DNA of 64,000 bases from Haliotis cracherodii (lineage: Eukaryota): the NCBI RefSeq assembly GCF_022045235.1, contig NW_027266286.1:74710001-74774000 (forward strand), in the 5' to 3' direction. Within the stretch, counting starts at the first letter, position 1, and each line of letters begins with the position of its first letter. Positions 36,830 to 49,467 of this stretch are shown here, in pieces. Made by a program: the position numbers and the translations under genes. The notes beneath the pieces were generated by a model that saw only the letters and a program-made list of their open reading frames with translations, was not told the DNA's origin and searched no databases.

Positions 36830-37830
36830 TATCTCCCCTTACATGAAGCAAATTCTTAAATTGTGTAACGGTCTCTGTCCCCGTTAGGTTTTCTGGTAAC
36901 ATATTCCAAAGTTGTGTTGTAGCTGGTATAACTGAATCTGCATAAGCTTTTGTTTACCACTTCACTGTTTGAGATAAGTTTTATCCCTTAAGTCATAATT
37001 TGTGTTTTCCGAAACTTTATTAAGAATAAGCCTACAGGGATATTCTGGGGAAAAAATATAATTCATTTAGTAAAACATTACCAATTTTGAACTGTAACTT
37101 CTGCCTTTTAATGACTTACAATTTGTTTCATTGTAAATTTTCTGATGACATGTACCCCGGACAGCGCCACATAAGGTGCTAAGAGCATCTAAGTATATTT
37201 TTTCAAGGAAGTTAGTTTGTTCATTACTACAGTTGTCCCAAATATGACAACAATAATCCAAATTTGTAAAATAAATGATTTGTACATAGTTTCTAAGGTA
37301 GTTCGGGATAGACGATATATATAACTTCTTAAGCAATTAACCAGGGGACAATATTTCCTTTCAATATCATCATGTACAGACACTTTGTAAAGTAATACCT
37401 TGGTGCTTATCACTTTGTACATCTTTTTTTCCTTCTGTGCCATTCATATATGAGTTCAGTTTGAGGCTAGGGTTTACTATACGGGTAAATTAAAAAGATT
37501 CAGTTTTATCGGGACTAAATTTAACTTGCCATCCAGCAGCCCATTCTTAAATTCTGTCCAAGTCATTACGAGCAGCTATATCGGGATCTTTTATGATCAC
37601 ATACAAAGATGTGCCATCAGCAAATAGTCTTATATTACTATTTATTCCTTCAACAATGCCATTGATATAGATAATAAACAATAATGGTCTCAGAGTAAAA
37701 TAAATGATTTGTGCATAGTCTCTAAGGTAGTTCGGGAAAGACGATACCAAAAACTTCTGGAACAATTAACCAGAGGACAACATTTCCTTTCAGTATCATC
37801 AATGTATTTTCCATGTACAATTACTTTGTA
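36830..37830 (-). pseudogene. Degenerate CR1-like LINE RT fragment
   Basis: PLLFIIYING...NIRLFADGTSLY and LDYCCHIWDNC, broken frames. Confidence 0.75.
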
Positions 37831-38495
37831 AAGTAAAACCTAGGTGCTTACTTGCTGGGAATTCCCTGTGAACGGCCTCGAGGAGTCTTTAGTAACACGG
37901 ATGTCGGCCTGTTGTCCTCTACCCAGAGGAAGTCATGTCTGCACTCAACACACATCGGGTTCCACCCTTATATCGAGATATCAGAGCACAAGTTGTCAGT
38001 GCGAATGGAGGGTACTAGCAGTGTTTGAATGCTTCCCGTGAAGATGCTCCTTGACCGTTGTCCCTATCAGCTGAAGTGCTGGTCAAACGAACGGACGCAC
38101 TCGCGAAATGCTGGATGATACTCAGGGTAACATAACATGCATATCAGCGATAACGCTACTCGCAACATGCATGTACTGGACCATTCCACAGTCTCCATAC
38201 ACAACAAAGAGAAATCACACAGCAATTTATAAATAATTTAATTCTGGCAGACTAAACAAACATCACATTAGACACAAAAATCAAGAGCAAGTATCAGTGA
38301 TTACATTTACTTCATGTTGAAATATTCTCTCATGTCCCAACAAGATCAATTGAATTTGTCATTGAACAGAATCCACTGCAATGCATTTGAAGCACAAACT
38401 TCACATATTGCCGATATGGCATATACAATTAAGTTTCAAATATGTGGCACATTTGTTCACAACCAGTAGGGAACTTACCACTTTGTCTTGATCTA

Positions 38496-38646
38496 CAGTA
38501 AACTAAGGTTATAACGAACTCAAAGGGACCACTAATTTTAATTCGTTATAACCATAGTACGTTATATGTACAACATCTATACAGAATATGGACGGCATCA
38601 AGAAACAGTTCGTTATAAGCGTGTTCGTTATGAATGTAGTTTACTG
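38496..38646. mobile_element. Short Tigger/pogo-like MITE
   Basis: TA-CAGTAAACT...AGTTTACTG termini with internal GTTATAACGAA/TTCGTTATAA inverted motifs. A related piece lies at ~17500-17560. Confidence 0.55.
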
Positions 38647-39014
38647 AAGTTTGCAGTGACAAATAGCCAAGCTACAATGACATAACATCAGCCTTCACTT
38701 TGGCTTTCAAGGGTTTAAATTTAAACAATGTATAAATGTGTAATTAGTGAATAAAGGGTCAGTGTTTATAACTGGCAATCTCTTGTTATATGGCAGTGTA
38801 TTTTCTTGTTCAACAATGATTGTAACTGTGTTGCATTGTTTCTGTTGAGAACCGGTAGACGCTCATTGCATTGTGTTTGGACAGTGATTAGTCGTCGGGA
38901 ATTAGTGCCATTTAATCTTAGCAGTCGTCAGGAAGTAAGTATATTTAGAGACCAGTGTGGTGTGTTAACTTCCGGTATACCGTGGGGTGGTATCGAATAT
39001 TCTGTTGTTTTTTG

Positions 39015-39265
39015 GAGTGAGTGAGTGAGTGAGTTGGGTTTAACGCCTCTTTTAGCGGTATTCCAGTCACATCGCGGCGTGTCAGCTTAATGTGGGAGGA
39101 AAGCCCGAAGTGATGCAGGTTTCAGACGTTTACCACTTTGGTGAAACCCACGAGCACGGGTATGGTGCTGACAGACCTAGAAACATAATCGGGGCGAACT
39201 GGGATTCGAACCCACAATCATAGGTTTCTGGCGTGCCCGAGAGACGCAACTCCGCACTGCGGAAG
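39015..39265 (-). mobile_element. tRNA-derived SINE (family C) with (ACTC)n tail
   Basis: (GAGT)n end, B box GGTTCGAATCCC on the minus strand, and a second copy at 39765-40750. Confidence 0.8.
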
Positions 39266-39761
39266 GGAGTCGGACTGTATATAAGGGGAGAGTAGCGTGT
39301 TTCCGCCTCTCCCGCACATTTAGTACCACAGGCATTAAGATCACATCACATTGAGTTATTTTACGTACACATTCCTGGATTAACATATTGTTTCAATTTG
39401 GGAATCGACAGGTAGCACTATACACAAGTAACATAATATTTATAAACAGATGAACAGTAAGTATGTTTAATACATTCGTCGTGAAAGTAAATATATTTAT
39501 AAATATCATGGATTCTCAATCCAGTCTATAGTAAATATGCTTACTTTTCATCCTTGTTGATAGATTATGTTGTTGTGTACAAGTTCAGACGCTCAGTGCA
39601 TTCATATTTTGCGATGTTGAATTGATTTTCATTCGAACTTATTTGGAACTTATGTTATACGTGATGATGGATGATGATCATGATTATCATAATGGGACTT
39701 AAAGAAGCACAGTACCCAACCGTCGCAAATATTGACGATGCGAAATAAATACATTTTCTTT

Positions 39762-40752
39762 GAGTTAGTGAGTTGAGTTTAATGCCGCTTTGAAGAATAT
39801 TCCAGTTATATCACAACGTGTCAGCATAATGTGGGAGAAAAGCCCGAAGTGATGAAGGTCTCAGACGTTAACCACTTTGGTGAAACCGGCGAGCACGGGT
39901 ATGGTGCTGACAAACCTAGAAACATAATCGGGGCGAAGCGGGATTCGAACCTATAGACAAAGATGTCTGGCATGCCCAAGGGACGCTACTCTGCACATGA
40001 TGTAGCAGTGCCTAGGGCCTCAGTCACACTTTCAGGATTTTTACTGCCGTCCTTGATAGGACCATTCCCGATTAAAATTTGTCTAAGGTCTGATCAAGAT
40101 CCTGTGATTCGTGGCGGGAAATTCACAAACAATCAGATATGGTTCAGGAAGAGTCCCGAATTCGTACCGATTCTCCCATTCTCAATCCGACCCGAATTGT
40201 ATCTTCCGCATGGTCAAAAACGACAGCGTCCCGATTCTCCCGAATGCGATCCGACAGAGATCAGACCGTGACCGGATAGTGAACCGACAAAGACGGTTTG
40301 CATTCGGCAAGATCTGGACGCAATCTGACTCAATCGACAAGAAACGGTAATGAACAATTCATGCTCGTTCATCACGACAGCGTCCCGATCCACAGGACGT
40401 AGTCCGGACAACACAGGACACTGTTACGATTTTGATCTGATTCAGCAGAATCTGTCACGACATAGTCACAATTGTATTCCGACTAGACACAATCGACTGA
40501 GTTTTCCGAATGTTACGGGACGCACCATACTGTCGGGAGTGCTTGGCCGACCTCTCTGAACCTTTCCCGATCCGTAGGACTCTGTTACGAACGTATACGA
40601 CTGCGTTTAGACGATGCAAGGACATTCCAGATCATTGAGGATAGTAATCCGACTTTTTCACTTCGTGTCGTAGCGCTGTCTGATCTCAAACCGGAGCCAT
40701 AGTCGGCACTGTGTAAACCTGGCCTTAGACGACTGAGACACCTGTGCCTCCT
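39762..40752 (-). mobile_element. SINE family C copy whose tRNA head is split by a ~710-bp MITE (40015-40725)
   Basis: 39765-39990 matches 39015-39240. The insert has imperfect TIRs GGGCCTCAGTCACACT / AGTG..GTGTAAACCTGGCCT between TA dinucleotides, and an A-box-like segment resumes at 40726. Confidence 0.65.
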
Positions 40753-41070
40753 GACACAATCAGGAATTCACCAACAATCTAAGACAATTTGTATTTTTTT
40801 CTAATGTTAACTGTATAGAATATGCTTTGAAATACCTAACAAAAGTCATTCGTACTTAACTGGCAATAATTATTTTCCATTTACTATATACATATTGATT
40901 GACTATTATATGTGGTGATACTTTATCTACTTATTCTACACTGAAAAAACAAAGAAACTCTGGGAATGTATGGCTAGGTGACAAGCACGTGGCACACGAG
41001 TGTATACACCATTGATGGTCATGCGTTAGTATTAGTAGTGGTCGTGGCAGAAGATTCATGGTAAAAAAAT

Positions 41071-42069
41071 CTATTTTTTCCATATAACATCATATGGCCA
41101 AGTTTTGAATAGCTTCGGGTCGAGTTTTTCGCCCCCAATACGTGGCTCGTAGGCAGAATAATTTAAACTTAATAATAAATCTACCAGTCTGTTTCCATTG
41201 ACATCTGATTTCATAAGTACCCATTCCATAAGAATTGCTGGAACATCTATCTCCTTGAAAAACCTCTTGGCACCTGAGATAACATAGTATTCGTACTCTT
41301 GTATGTCCATTTTTATAACTGCCTTCTTGAAAGGCAGATAGGGCAAGGTGTCGTCAAGAGTTATTGTAAACGAGTCTGCTGATTCCTCGCACGGTGATGC
41401 AGGGGACGAACCCGACGACGCCACAACGTTTGTACCGCCAACGTTGTCCACTTCCCGTTTGAAATTGACAAGGCTATTGTTTGCCCCGAGAGGGTTGAAT
41501 ATGATGGTCATCCTGTCTGTGTAGCCACCCTTCTGAATAGACTTACACAGTCGCTGGACATTCTCTATGAGCGGATCTACAGATACCACCTTCCTCCCGA
41601 ACTTGGCCACAGACAGGGAGTAGGCGCCAACATGAGATCCTAGATCCATGAAGCCAAGCTCAGGGTCCTTGTTCAATTCCGAGCCAATAAGATCGATATT
41701 TTCTGGTTCCCATGTCCCAACCTCCTTTAAAGTTTTGGACACAAACCTGTCGACCACGACGTCGTGTATATGTATCGGTATCGCGCCCGACGACGTCCTC
41801 AGAGGAACGCAGTCCAGGTGAACGGTCCACGTACAGAACTCGTGGAGTTTCTGCATCTGACTACCGTTGAATCTGTACACCTGCGTCTTGCCAGAACTTG
41901 AGCGGGGCTGGGCCCAGTCAATTTTCTCCCACGTCTTTCTAGGTCTGGACGTAGTATCAGCTCCCATCATACTCGTGAAAGGCGGCAGCACAACGTGTTC
42001 TAGGATCAGCAGGATGCATGCGCCAGTGAGCATCATAAGGACAAAAGGCTTCCGGCGTTGCATCGTCAT
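41071..42069 (-). CDS. FkbM-family (Methyltransf_21) SAM-dependent methyltransferase with an N-terminal type II membrane anchor, ~332 aa, single coding exon
   Basis: Acceptor TTTACAG at 42111, then MTMQRRKP and the hydrophobic FVLMMLTGACILLILEHVVL. Motifs: G.WE, FMDLGSHVGAYSL (SAM motif I), VSVDP, ITLDD, IKMDIQEYE, ILMEW. Confidence 0.85.
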   Translation of the reverse strand: MTMQRRKPFVLMMLTGACILLILEHVVLPPFTSMMGADTTSRPRKTWEKIDWAQPRSSSGKTQVYRFNGSQMQKLHEFCTWTVHLDCVPLRTSSGAIPIHIHDVVVDRFVSKTLKEVGTWEPENIDLIGSELNKDPELGFMDLGSHVGAYSLSVAKFGRKVVSVDPLIENVQRLCKSIQKGGYTDRMTIIFNPLGANNSLVNFKREVDNVGGTNVVASSGSSPASPCEESADSFTITLDDTLPYLPFKKAVIKMDIQEYEYYVISGAKRFFKEIDVPAILMEWVLMKSDVNGNRLVDLLLSLNYSAYEPRIGGEKLDPKLFKTWPYDVIWKK

Positions 42070-42377
42070 CGCTGGTTGTGGCTGACTTGATCTGTGGTTA
42101 CAGCTGATGCCTGTAAAGTAGACAACACCAGAATATGACATAGACACAGTGCAACGTACGGTTTTCAGTGAAGTAAGACAAATTAAAGACAATCATAATA
42201 ATAAATTTCAATAAAAAATAAAATAAATAATATTGGACCATAAAGATGTTTATCTGCGGTCGTTCAAAGGTATTACGTTACACAATTTGAAGGACAGGCT
42301 TATATCATGGTGAGTGAGTGAGTAAGTGAGTGAGTGTGGGTCAATATCGACGGTTCGTAGGATCTCCTATCTTGTCA

Positions 42378-45300
42378 ATCAGTTTATTCAGTACATAAAA
42401 GGCCACAGGCCTATAGTACAATGTGTATTTACATGTAGGTGACGTGGTTGTTAACTAACAATTCTGTTTCTATGTGACATCGCGTGATAAACATATGTTG
42501 ATAGGTTACATAACATAGTATCATTAGATGAAGTTAAAAGATCTACAAACTTATGGACATTCGGGTGTACAGAGTAGAAAGATGGTAAATATTCATCACG
42601 TAAATGTTTGTAACCTTGACATACCAGGAGAAAGTGAAACTCAATTGAATTTGTGTTACACAATGTGCATATTCTGTCTCTTCTATCAGTGTGATTATAT
42701 CTACAAGTCTCTATATACAGGTTGTGAGAGGAACATCTAAATCGTGCTAGTACAATTCTAATTTTTTTAAACTCAAGTTTACAGAGGTACGCCTCAATTT
42801 CAATATTACTTTTCATGATTCTATATTTGATTTGGACATTAAATTCTAGCCATTTCTGCAAATACATATCTTTTAGTCTCTGGGTGAAGGACATTAAAAA
42901 GAGCGGTTATGATTCTAAACACTGATTATACCACGCATAATTAAAACCCGTAATAAATAATAATTCTTTTACGTTTGTTACCCAATTACGTTTTCCAGTA
43001 CTGTCGTAGAGTTTTAACATATCATAGCACTTCCTAGGGTTTCTATCATTAGTCATGTTCATCAAGCGAAGCCAGTATTTAATAACTTTTAAGTAGGATT
43101 GAATATACAGTGGATATCGTCCCGTTTCTCCATATACTATTATGCTGAACGTACTATTTTTAACTCCTAAATATTTCTTGCACACAAACAAATGTACTTT
43201 TTCAATTTGATCATGAATTTTTATACCCCAGATTTCAGTACCATAGTGTAGTATTGGAATTATCTTTGTATCAAAATTTTAAAATATGGTCTAAATGAGA
43301 TGTCTCTCAGAAATGGAGACTGTCTAAATATACCAGTCCAAACCTTTTTAGCTTGTATAGCAGCTTGATTGACTTGAAAATGCCATGAAAGTTGATTTGT
43401 GAAATAAACACCAAGATATTTATAGGAAGATGTGGTTTCCAAAATTTCTCCATGGTGAAACTATTTTTCAGTTGATGCTAGTTTTCCCCCACTTTTAAAG
43501 ACTATAACTTTTGTTTTTTAATCTCTATTAACAACTAAGTTTCATTCTTTACATTTTTATTTTATTTTTCATGTTCATTAATTAGCCTTTGCAAACCAAT
43601 CACTGTCGTGGAGCAATGTCTGAAATAATTCCGTAAGATCTGGATGTAACTAAATACCATGGGAGAAATTGTCTTGTATTTAAGTAGCTAATTCATTAAT
43701 GAAAAAAGAAAATAGAAACGGACTCATTATACAGCCTTGTCTAACACCTAAACCAATAGCAAAACTTTCTGACAGTTCGTTATTATTTCTCACGCAGGCT
43801 ATAACATTGGTGTATATACTTCTCAAAAGATTACTCATTTTCAAGCTAATTCCGTGCGATTCTAACACTGTCAATAGTTTTGTTCTATCTACCCTGTCAA
43901 ACGCCTTTGAAAAATCAACGAAAAGTGCATAAACCTTTCTACCTCTTTTACTAAGACATTTCTCTATTAGACTCTGTAGTGTAAAAATATTATCGATGGT
44001 AGAATATCCCTGTCGAAAACCAGCTTGTGCTTCACTAATTTTCCCCATTATATCTGCCCAATTCTGTAATCTTTTATTTATAATGTATATGAACAATTTA
44101 CTAAAGACGCTTAAAAGTGTTATACCTCGGTAGTTATTGGTACTGTTAATAACACCATGTTTATGGATGGGGACAATTATGCCAACCGTCCATGATTCGG
44201 GGAAATTCCCACTCTGTAGAATATGATTAAAAACAAGTGATAAATATGGTATTATGATATCTAAACAGTGTTTGAAGAATTCCGGTAGCATTTTGTCAAT
44301 TCCTGGCGATTTATTGTTTTTAAATTATCTATGCTATTCATTATTTCCTGAAAAGAAATTGGAGAATCTAAAAAGTCAGTTACGACATCATCGGTTTCAC
44401 GAATTCGGTCAAACTCTGTAGTATGTACATGGTCCTTATCCATATCATTACTATTTGATTCGAAAAGAGTTTTAAAGTGAGAAACCCATTCTCCTGAACT
44501 GATATCATAGCCCTGGGAATATTTTCCTCTAAGTTTTCTTAATATTGACCAGAACTGGGTTGAGTCATCTATACTGTTTGCTAAGAGTATCCTTTGTTTT
44601 TGGAAGTAGTTATTTTGTTTTCTATCTACAAATGGCATTGTACTTATTTCTTGCTGCATTATAGAGTTGTAATGAATCCCTGTCTTTAAGTTGTCTAAAC
44701 TTATTTAGGTACTTACACCTCTGTCGTTTCAATTCTTCACATTCTCTATCAAACCACTTATTAACCCTTTCCGAGTAATTAGAACTTTTAACTTTTCTTT
44801 TCATTTCACAGGCAGCTTTCGAGATTGCCTCAACCATACAATCGATACTCTTATTAATATTGACGGACACTTCTTCCTGTGACATGTTTAACACAGTCTG
44901 TGCCTCATCTGTAAGTAAATTTTCTCTGAAAGTTTCACAGCGCTGAACATCCCAAACAAACTTATAATGAGAAACTCTATCACAACGAGAACTATTGTTG
45001 CTACATGGGTGAGGATGAAGCGTCCGTAAAGTCACAGAAACTGGAAGATGTGGAGAGTCAGCACGTGATGAAATCTCGAAATCAGCTACATAGTCAAATA
45101 TAAAAGATGATGCAATTACATAGTCCACAAGACTGGCACCGAGTGATCCAATACATGTGTAATCTCCGCGTCCTGAGGCTGATCCACATCTCCCATTCAT
45201 GATATGTACGTTGAAAATTGAACATAAATCTAGTAAAGATCTACCCAAGGCATTAATGTTCTTATCCACAGAGTAACGTGGTTCTTTAAAATAATCTAGT

Positions 45301-46200
45301 ATAAAGTCGTAACGCGACTGGCAATGTTTTTCTGTTTGTTCAACTCTTACATCTTCAATAAAGTCAGCCTTTGTTCCTGTGCAGGCATTAAAGTCTCCGC
45401 CACAGAGAATATACATGTCATTTTCAGATGTTAAAATATTATACAGATTCTCGTGACACATATCGATTCCATTTTTACAATCTGCTGACATCTTAGTGTA
45501 CCATGTGGAACCTTCTGCATGGATGTAAGCACATGCATATAAGAAATTGTGATAAAACCAAACATAAACTTGTCAAATACAAAGAAAATAGCATTTTCTG
45601 TTATCTTAATAGAGATGAGATTCTTATAAAATATCCTTTTAATCAGAATTGTAATTCCACCAGAGAGTCTTCCATGGTCTGACCGCCTCCGTGGTCTAGT
45701 GGTAGAGCGTCCGCCCGGAGAGCGGAAGGTCCGGGGTTCGATCCCCGGTCACGTTAAAAGATGGTACTTGTTGTTACCCTGTCTGGCGCTCGGCATCAAG
45801 GGGCTAAAACAAGGACTGGTCAGCTCGGAGTCAGTATACTGTGTTTGAGTGGGGTATTTATGTTAAACTGCGGCATGGTATCTCAGTGAGCTATCACTAT
45901 AAATCGGCATCAGTCCGGACTAGTACAAGCAGCCACACACACACAAGTACTACACGTCGGTATATAAGTGCAATAATCTTGGACGCGACGTTAAACCCCA
46001 TTTCACCTCACCTCTTCCATGGTCTGCTAATTTGTCTGCACTTTTATACACATACTCACATTCTGTAAATATATCTGTGAGGCCAATTATATCAAACTGA
46101 TGTAGGTATGAAATAAAGTCATTGTCCATTAACCTATATACAAGTCCTGAAACGTTCCAAAAAATGAAACTAACAGTGGCTGTGTCATCACAGTCCTGGT
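42378..46200 (-). mobile_element. Degenerate LINE (EN-RT-CCHC) related to the 10190-13711 element
   Basis: FWNVSG, GGDFNA, HIMNGRCGS, QAGFRQGYST, VDFSKAFD, GVRQG, FRCSSH. Multiple frameshifts, and the same 3' UTR motif. Confidence 0.9.
45681..46012 (+). mobile_element. tRNA-derived SINE (family B) inserted in the LINE endonuclease region
   Basis: A box TGGTCTAGTGG, B box GGTTCGATCCC, (CACCT)n tail, and TSD TCTTCCATGGTCT at 45668 and 46013. Confidence 0.9.
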
Positions 46201-46951
46201 TACATTCACTGTCACTGTGAGGTGTCGTAAAATTTACCTGGACACCATTCACACCTTTGCCCTGGCCACACCCCTATTCAGTCTGGCCACCCCCGAAGCT
46301 AGCCGGTCATGAGTGATCTCAGTGGTCTCCTGGTATCTCGGGGGAATTTCCGGGGCACTCGCTGCTGACTGGGTGCTGAGATCTCCTATCATCACGATAT
46401 TATAGTAATTCCTAATCACATATTCATGATATAATCGGATTCGCACAATGGACTCGGCAGAGATATCTTATGAATGTGGAAATGTTTTGTCGCAGTTATT
46501 TATTTGAACAGCTCGAAGTAATGACCATATTCCAAATCTCAAAATCCCATAATTCTATATAAGCAACCCATAAAGCCCCACCTTGGGTTTCACAAACCAC
46601 TTTCGCACCTTTCGGAAATACATTAAATGGCCCAGCCAGGTCCGTGTGCGAAATACGTATCAGTCGGAAAGCGCACGTAAAATCTCCAAAGTAAGTGATG
46701 ATCGCTTTAAGCGTTTACCGCTTTTGTGAAAGCCACGAGCAAAGGAATCGTGCTGGCACACCCCGACACGTCGTCACGGGGATCACAACAAGCTATTACA
46801 GGTTTCTAGCACGCCTTTTTCTAATAAGAAACATATTCAATACCACGCCCATTTTCCAAGAATGCAACATACGATATGTGTGTCTGTGCTATGTGTGTAT
46901 ATGTCTGTGCATGTTTTTGACAACCTGGTACAAAGAACATTTCTAATTGCA

Positions 46952-47145
46952 NNNNNNNNNNNNNNNNNNNNNNNNNNNNNNNNNNNNNNNNNNNNNNNNN
47001 NNNNNNNNNNNNNNNNNNNNNNNNNNNNNNNNNNNNNNNNNNNNNNNNNNNNNNNNNNNNNNNNNNNNNNNNNNNNNNNNNNNNNNNNNNNNNNNNNNNN
47101 NNNNNNNNNNNNNNNNNNNNNNNNNNNNNNNNNNNNNNNNNNNNN
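46952..47145. other. Assembly gap (N run)
   Basis: N characters. Confidence 1.
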
Positions 47146-47528
47146 TATGCGAGTGCGTGTCGGTCCGAGGAGATGCGGTCACTCTGGATCCGCCTATCAC
47201 GTCTAAGACCTGCAACTGCAACCGCACCCACCCCCACCCCCACCCCACCCCACCCCATCCCCCCCCCCACACACACACAACAAAACAGAGAAAGAAAAGG
47301 TTAGTTTCTCACAATATTGATTACTGGTGTGTTTGGTCAAGTCTCAGTTATTTACAGTTTGCCGACACATAGCAGGAATATTGCTAAATGTGGCGTTAAA
47401 AAACAAACTATAATATTTAAAACCCGTAAAAATTTAAGGTGAAGTAAGACAAGTTCTATGGATGAACAACTTCTTTATTACAATTAATTGTAACAAAGAA
47501 GTTGTTCATCCATAGAACTTGTCTTACT

Positions 47529-47693
47529 NNNNNNNNNNNNNNNNNNNNNNNNNNNNNNNNNNNNNNNNNNNNNNNNNNNNNNNNNNNNNNNNNNNNNNNN
47601 NNNNNNNNNNNNNNNNNNNNNNNNNNNNNNNNNNNNNNNNNNNNNNNNNNNNNNNNNNNNNNNNNNNNNNNNNNNNNNNNNNNNNNNNNNNNN
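47529..47693. other. Assembly gap (N run); 47146-47528 is duplicated at 47694-48079
   Basis: N characters, with near-identical sequence following both gaps. Confidence 1.
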
Positions 47694-47990
47694 TATGCGA
47701 GTGCGTGTCGGTCCGAGGAGATGCGGTCACTCTGGATCCGCCTATCACGTCTAAGACCTGCAACTGCAACCGCACCCACCCCCACCCCCACCCCACCCCA
47801 CCCCATCCCCCCCCCCCCCCCACACACACAACAAAACAGAGAAAGAAAAGGTTAGTTTCTCACAATATTGATTACTGGTGTGTTTGGTCAAGTCTCAGTT
47901 ATTTACAGTTTGCCGACACATAGCAGGAATATTGCTAAATGTGGCGTTAAAAAACAAACTATAATATTTAAAACCCGTAAAAATTTAAGG

Positions 47991-48082
47991 TGAAGTAAGA
48001 CAAGTTCTATGGATGAACAACTTCTTTATTACAATTAATTGTAACAAAGAAGTTGTTCATCCATAGAACTTGTCTTACTTCA
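47991..48082. repeat. ~92-bp near-perfect palindrome
   Basis: TGAAGTAAGACAAGTTCTATGGATGAACAACTTCTTTATTACAAT|TA|ATTGTAACAAAGAAGTTGTTCATCCATAGAACTTGTCTTACTTCA. Confidence 0.9.
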
Positions 48083-49467
48083 TCACACCAACTTCTAAAT
48101 GCCACTTAAAGAAGTTAAAATTTAAGGTGTTCAGAAAACAAAGAAATAATTACACTATTATCAGCCAATGTAAGATATGTTACTGTGTACAAAGGCTGTT
48201 TCGGATATATAATGCTACAAAACTGGTATAGTTAATAAGATATTAAATTACATAACAATTGAATAATAAGGTCCCTTACATTGCATCAAGCCCGACTAAT
48301 TGTACAGATAAGTCATTAGAAGATCAAAGATACCTCACTCATTTTGGGTTGGGAATTATTCGAGAAAGAGTTGTCCCAGAAATAATTATGCCTCAGGTTT
48401 AAAAAAAGAAGTCTAACACAAAAAAATGGTTATATTATTGTCTAAAATAAAAAACGATAAAAATCAAGGCTCATTAGTATAACTAAGTTATAATCGAAAT
48501 AAAATATCTCATCTCCATACCGAATATCCAATAGCCAGTCTTAGGAACAGTATTTGTCAGTCATCTCTTTGACATCAGATGCGGGTATGCACGGATAACC
48601 CGGAGGACCAGATCACACTGGAGGACCCAACTTCCCATCCCCGGTACATATCCACAGTTAGACCCGCACTAGATAGTAGATATACTCTTGGTATGTATAA
48701 TCCATCAACCCCCATCAACCCCCACCCCACCCTCGTGAATATCTATCCCCGTGAATATATCCCCGCATCAATTTGATACTGGTATCACTGTTTGTGAAAA
48801 CAGTACTGGTTGTGAAAAAGCGAATTGTCTTCACATATCAGTGCTGTCGTGACAGCTGGTAGATATTTAATTAATACATCACAAAGTCATATCGAGGTCA
48901 GTTGATAATCATCTGGTACATATGTTTTTTTAAATGATCGACGAATACCTGGAAAATATGAATGTAATCAGGAAATTCAATAATAATATACTGAACAAAA
49001 TAGCATTGATCGTTAATATTTATGGAGATGTTTTTTTTTTTATGAAACTGTGTAAATTCTTATATTCGTATATTTAAGATATTTTTTTCACATTCTAAGG
49101 CATGAAACCGACATGTTTTTTTCTAAATATTCAGTACTGAAACATCAGCTTGCTTGATCGGTTAGAAAAAACTATCAACTGAAATGTCCGGAACACAATA
49201 TGTATAAATGAGGGTATAATACTATTTTGAAACTGATGATTGGTTCAATTTTTTTAATACATTTTACAACTCTTGGTAGGTTATCGAACCTAAGTTCCGG
49301 AAAGCCAAAGCAAAATGTTAGCTCCATGTCGTAGTCATGTGAACCGTTTCAACATATGTGAAACATATTTATATTTTTATATTTCTAAAAAGCTCCTTAT
49401 ATGTCATAATATATTGGAACAATCGGATTTATTTTGAGGTCGGGTTTTTAAGTCGAAAAACTGATTC

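Noticed and set aside
47146-48079. 380-bp direct duplication as a biological repeat
   Set aside because: Both copies directly follow N gaps and differ only in a poly-C length, so a scaffolding artefact is most likely.
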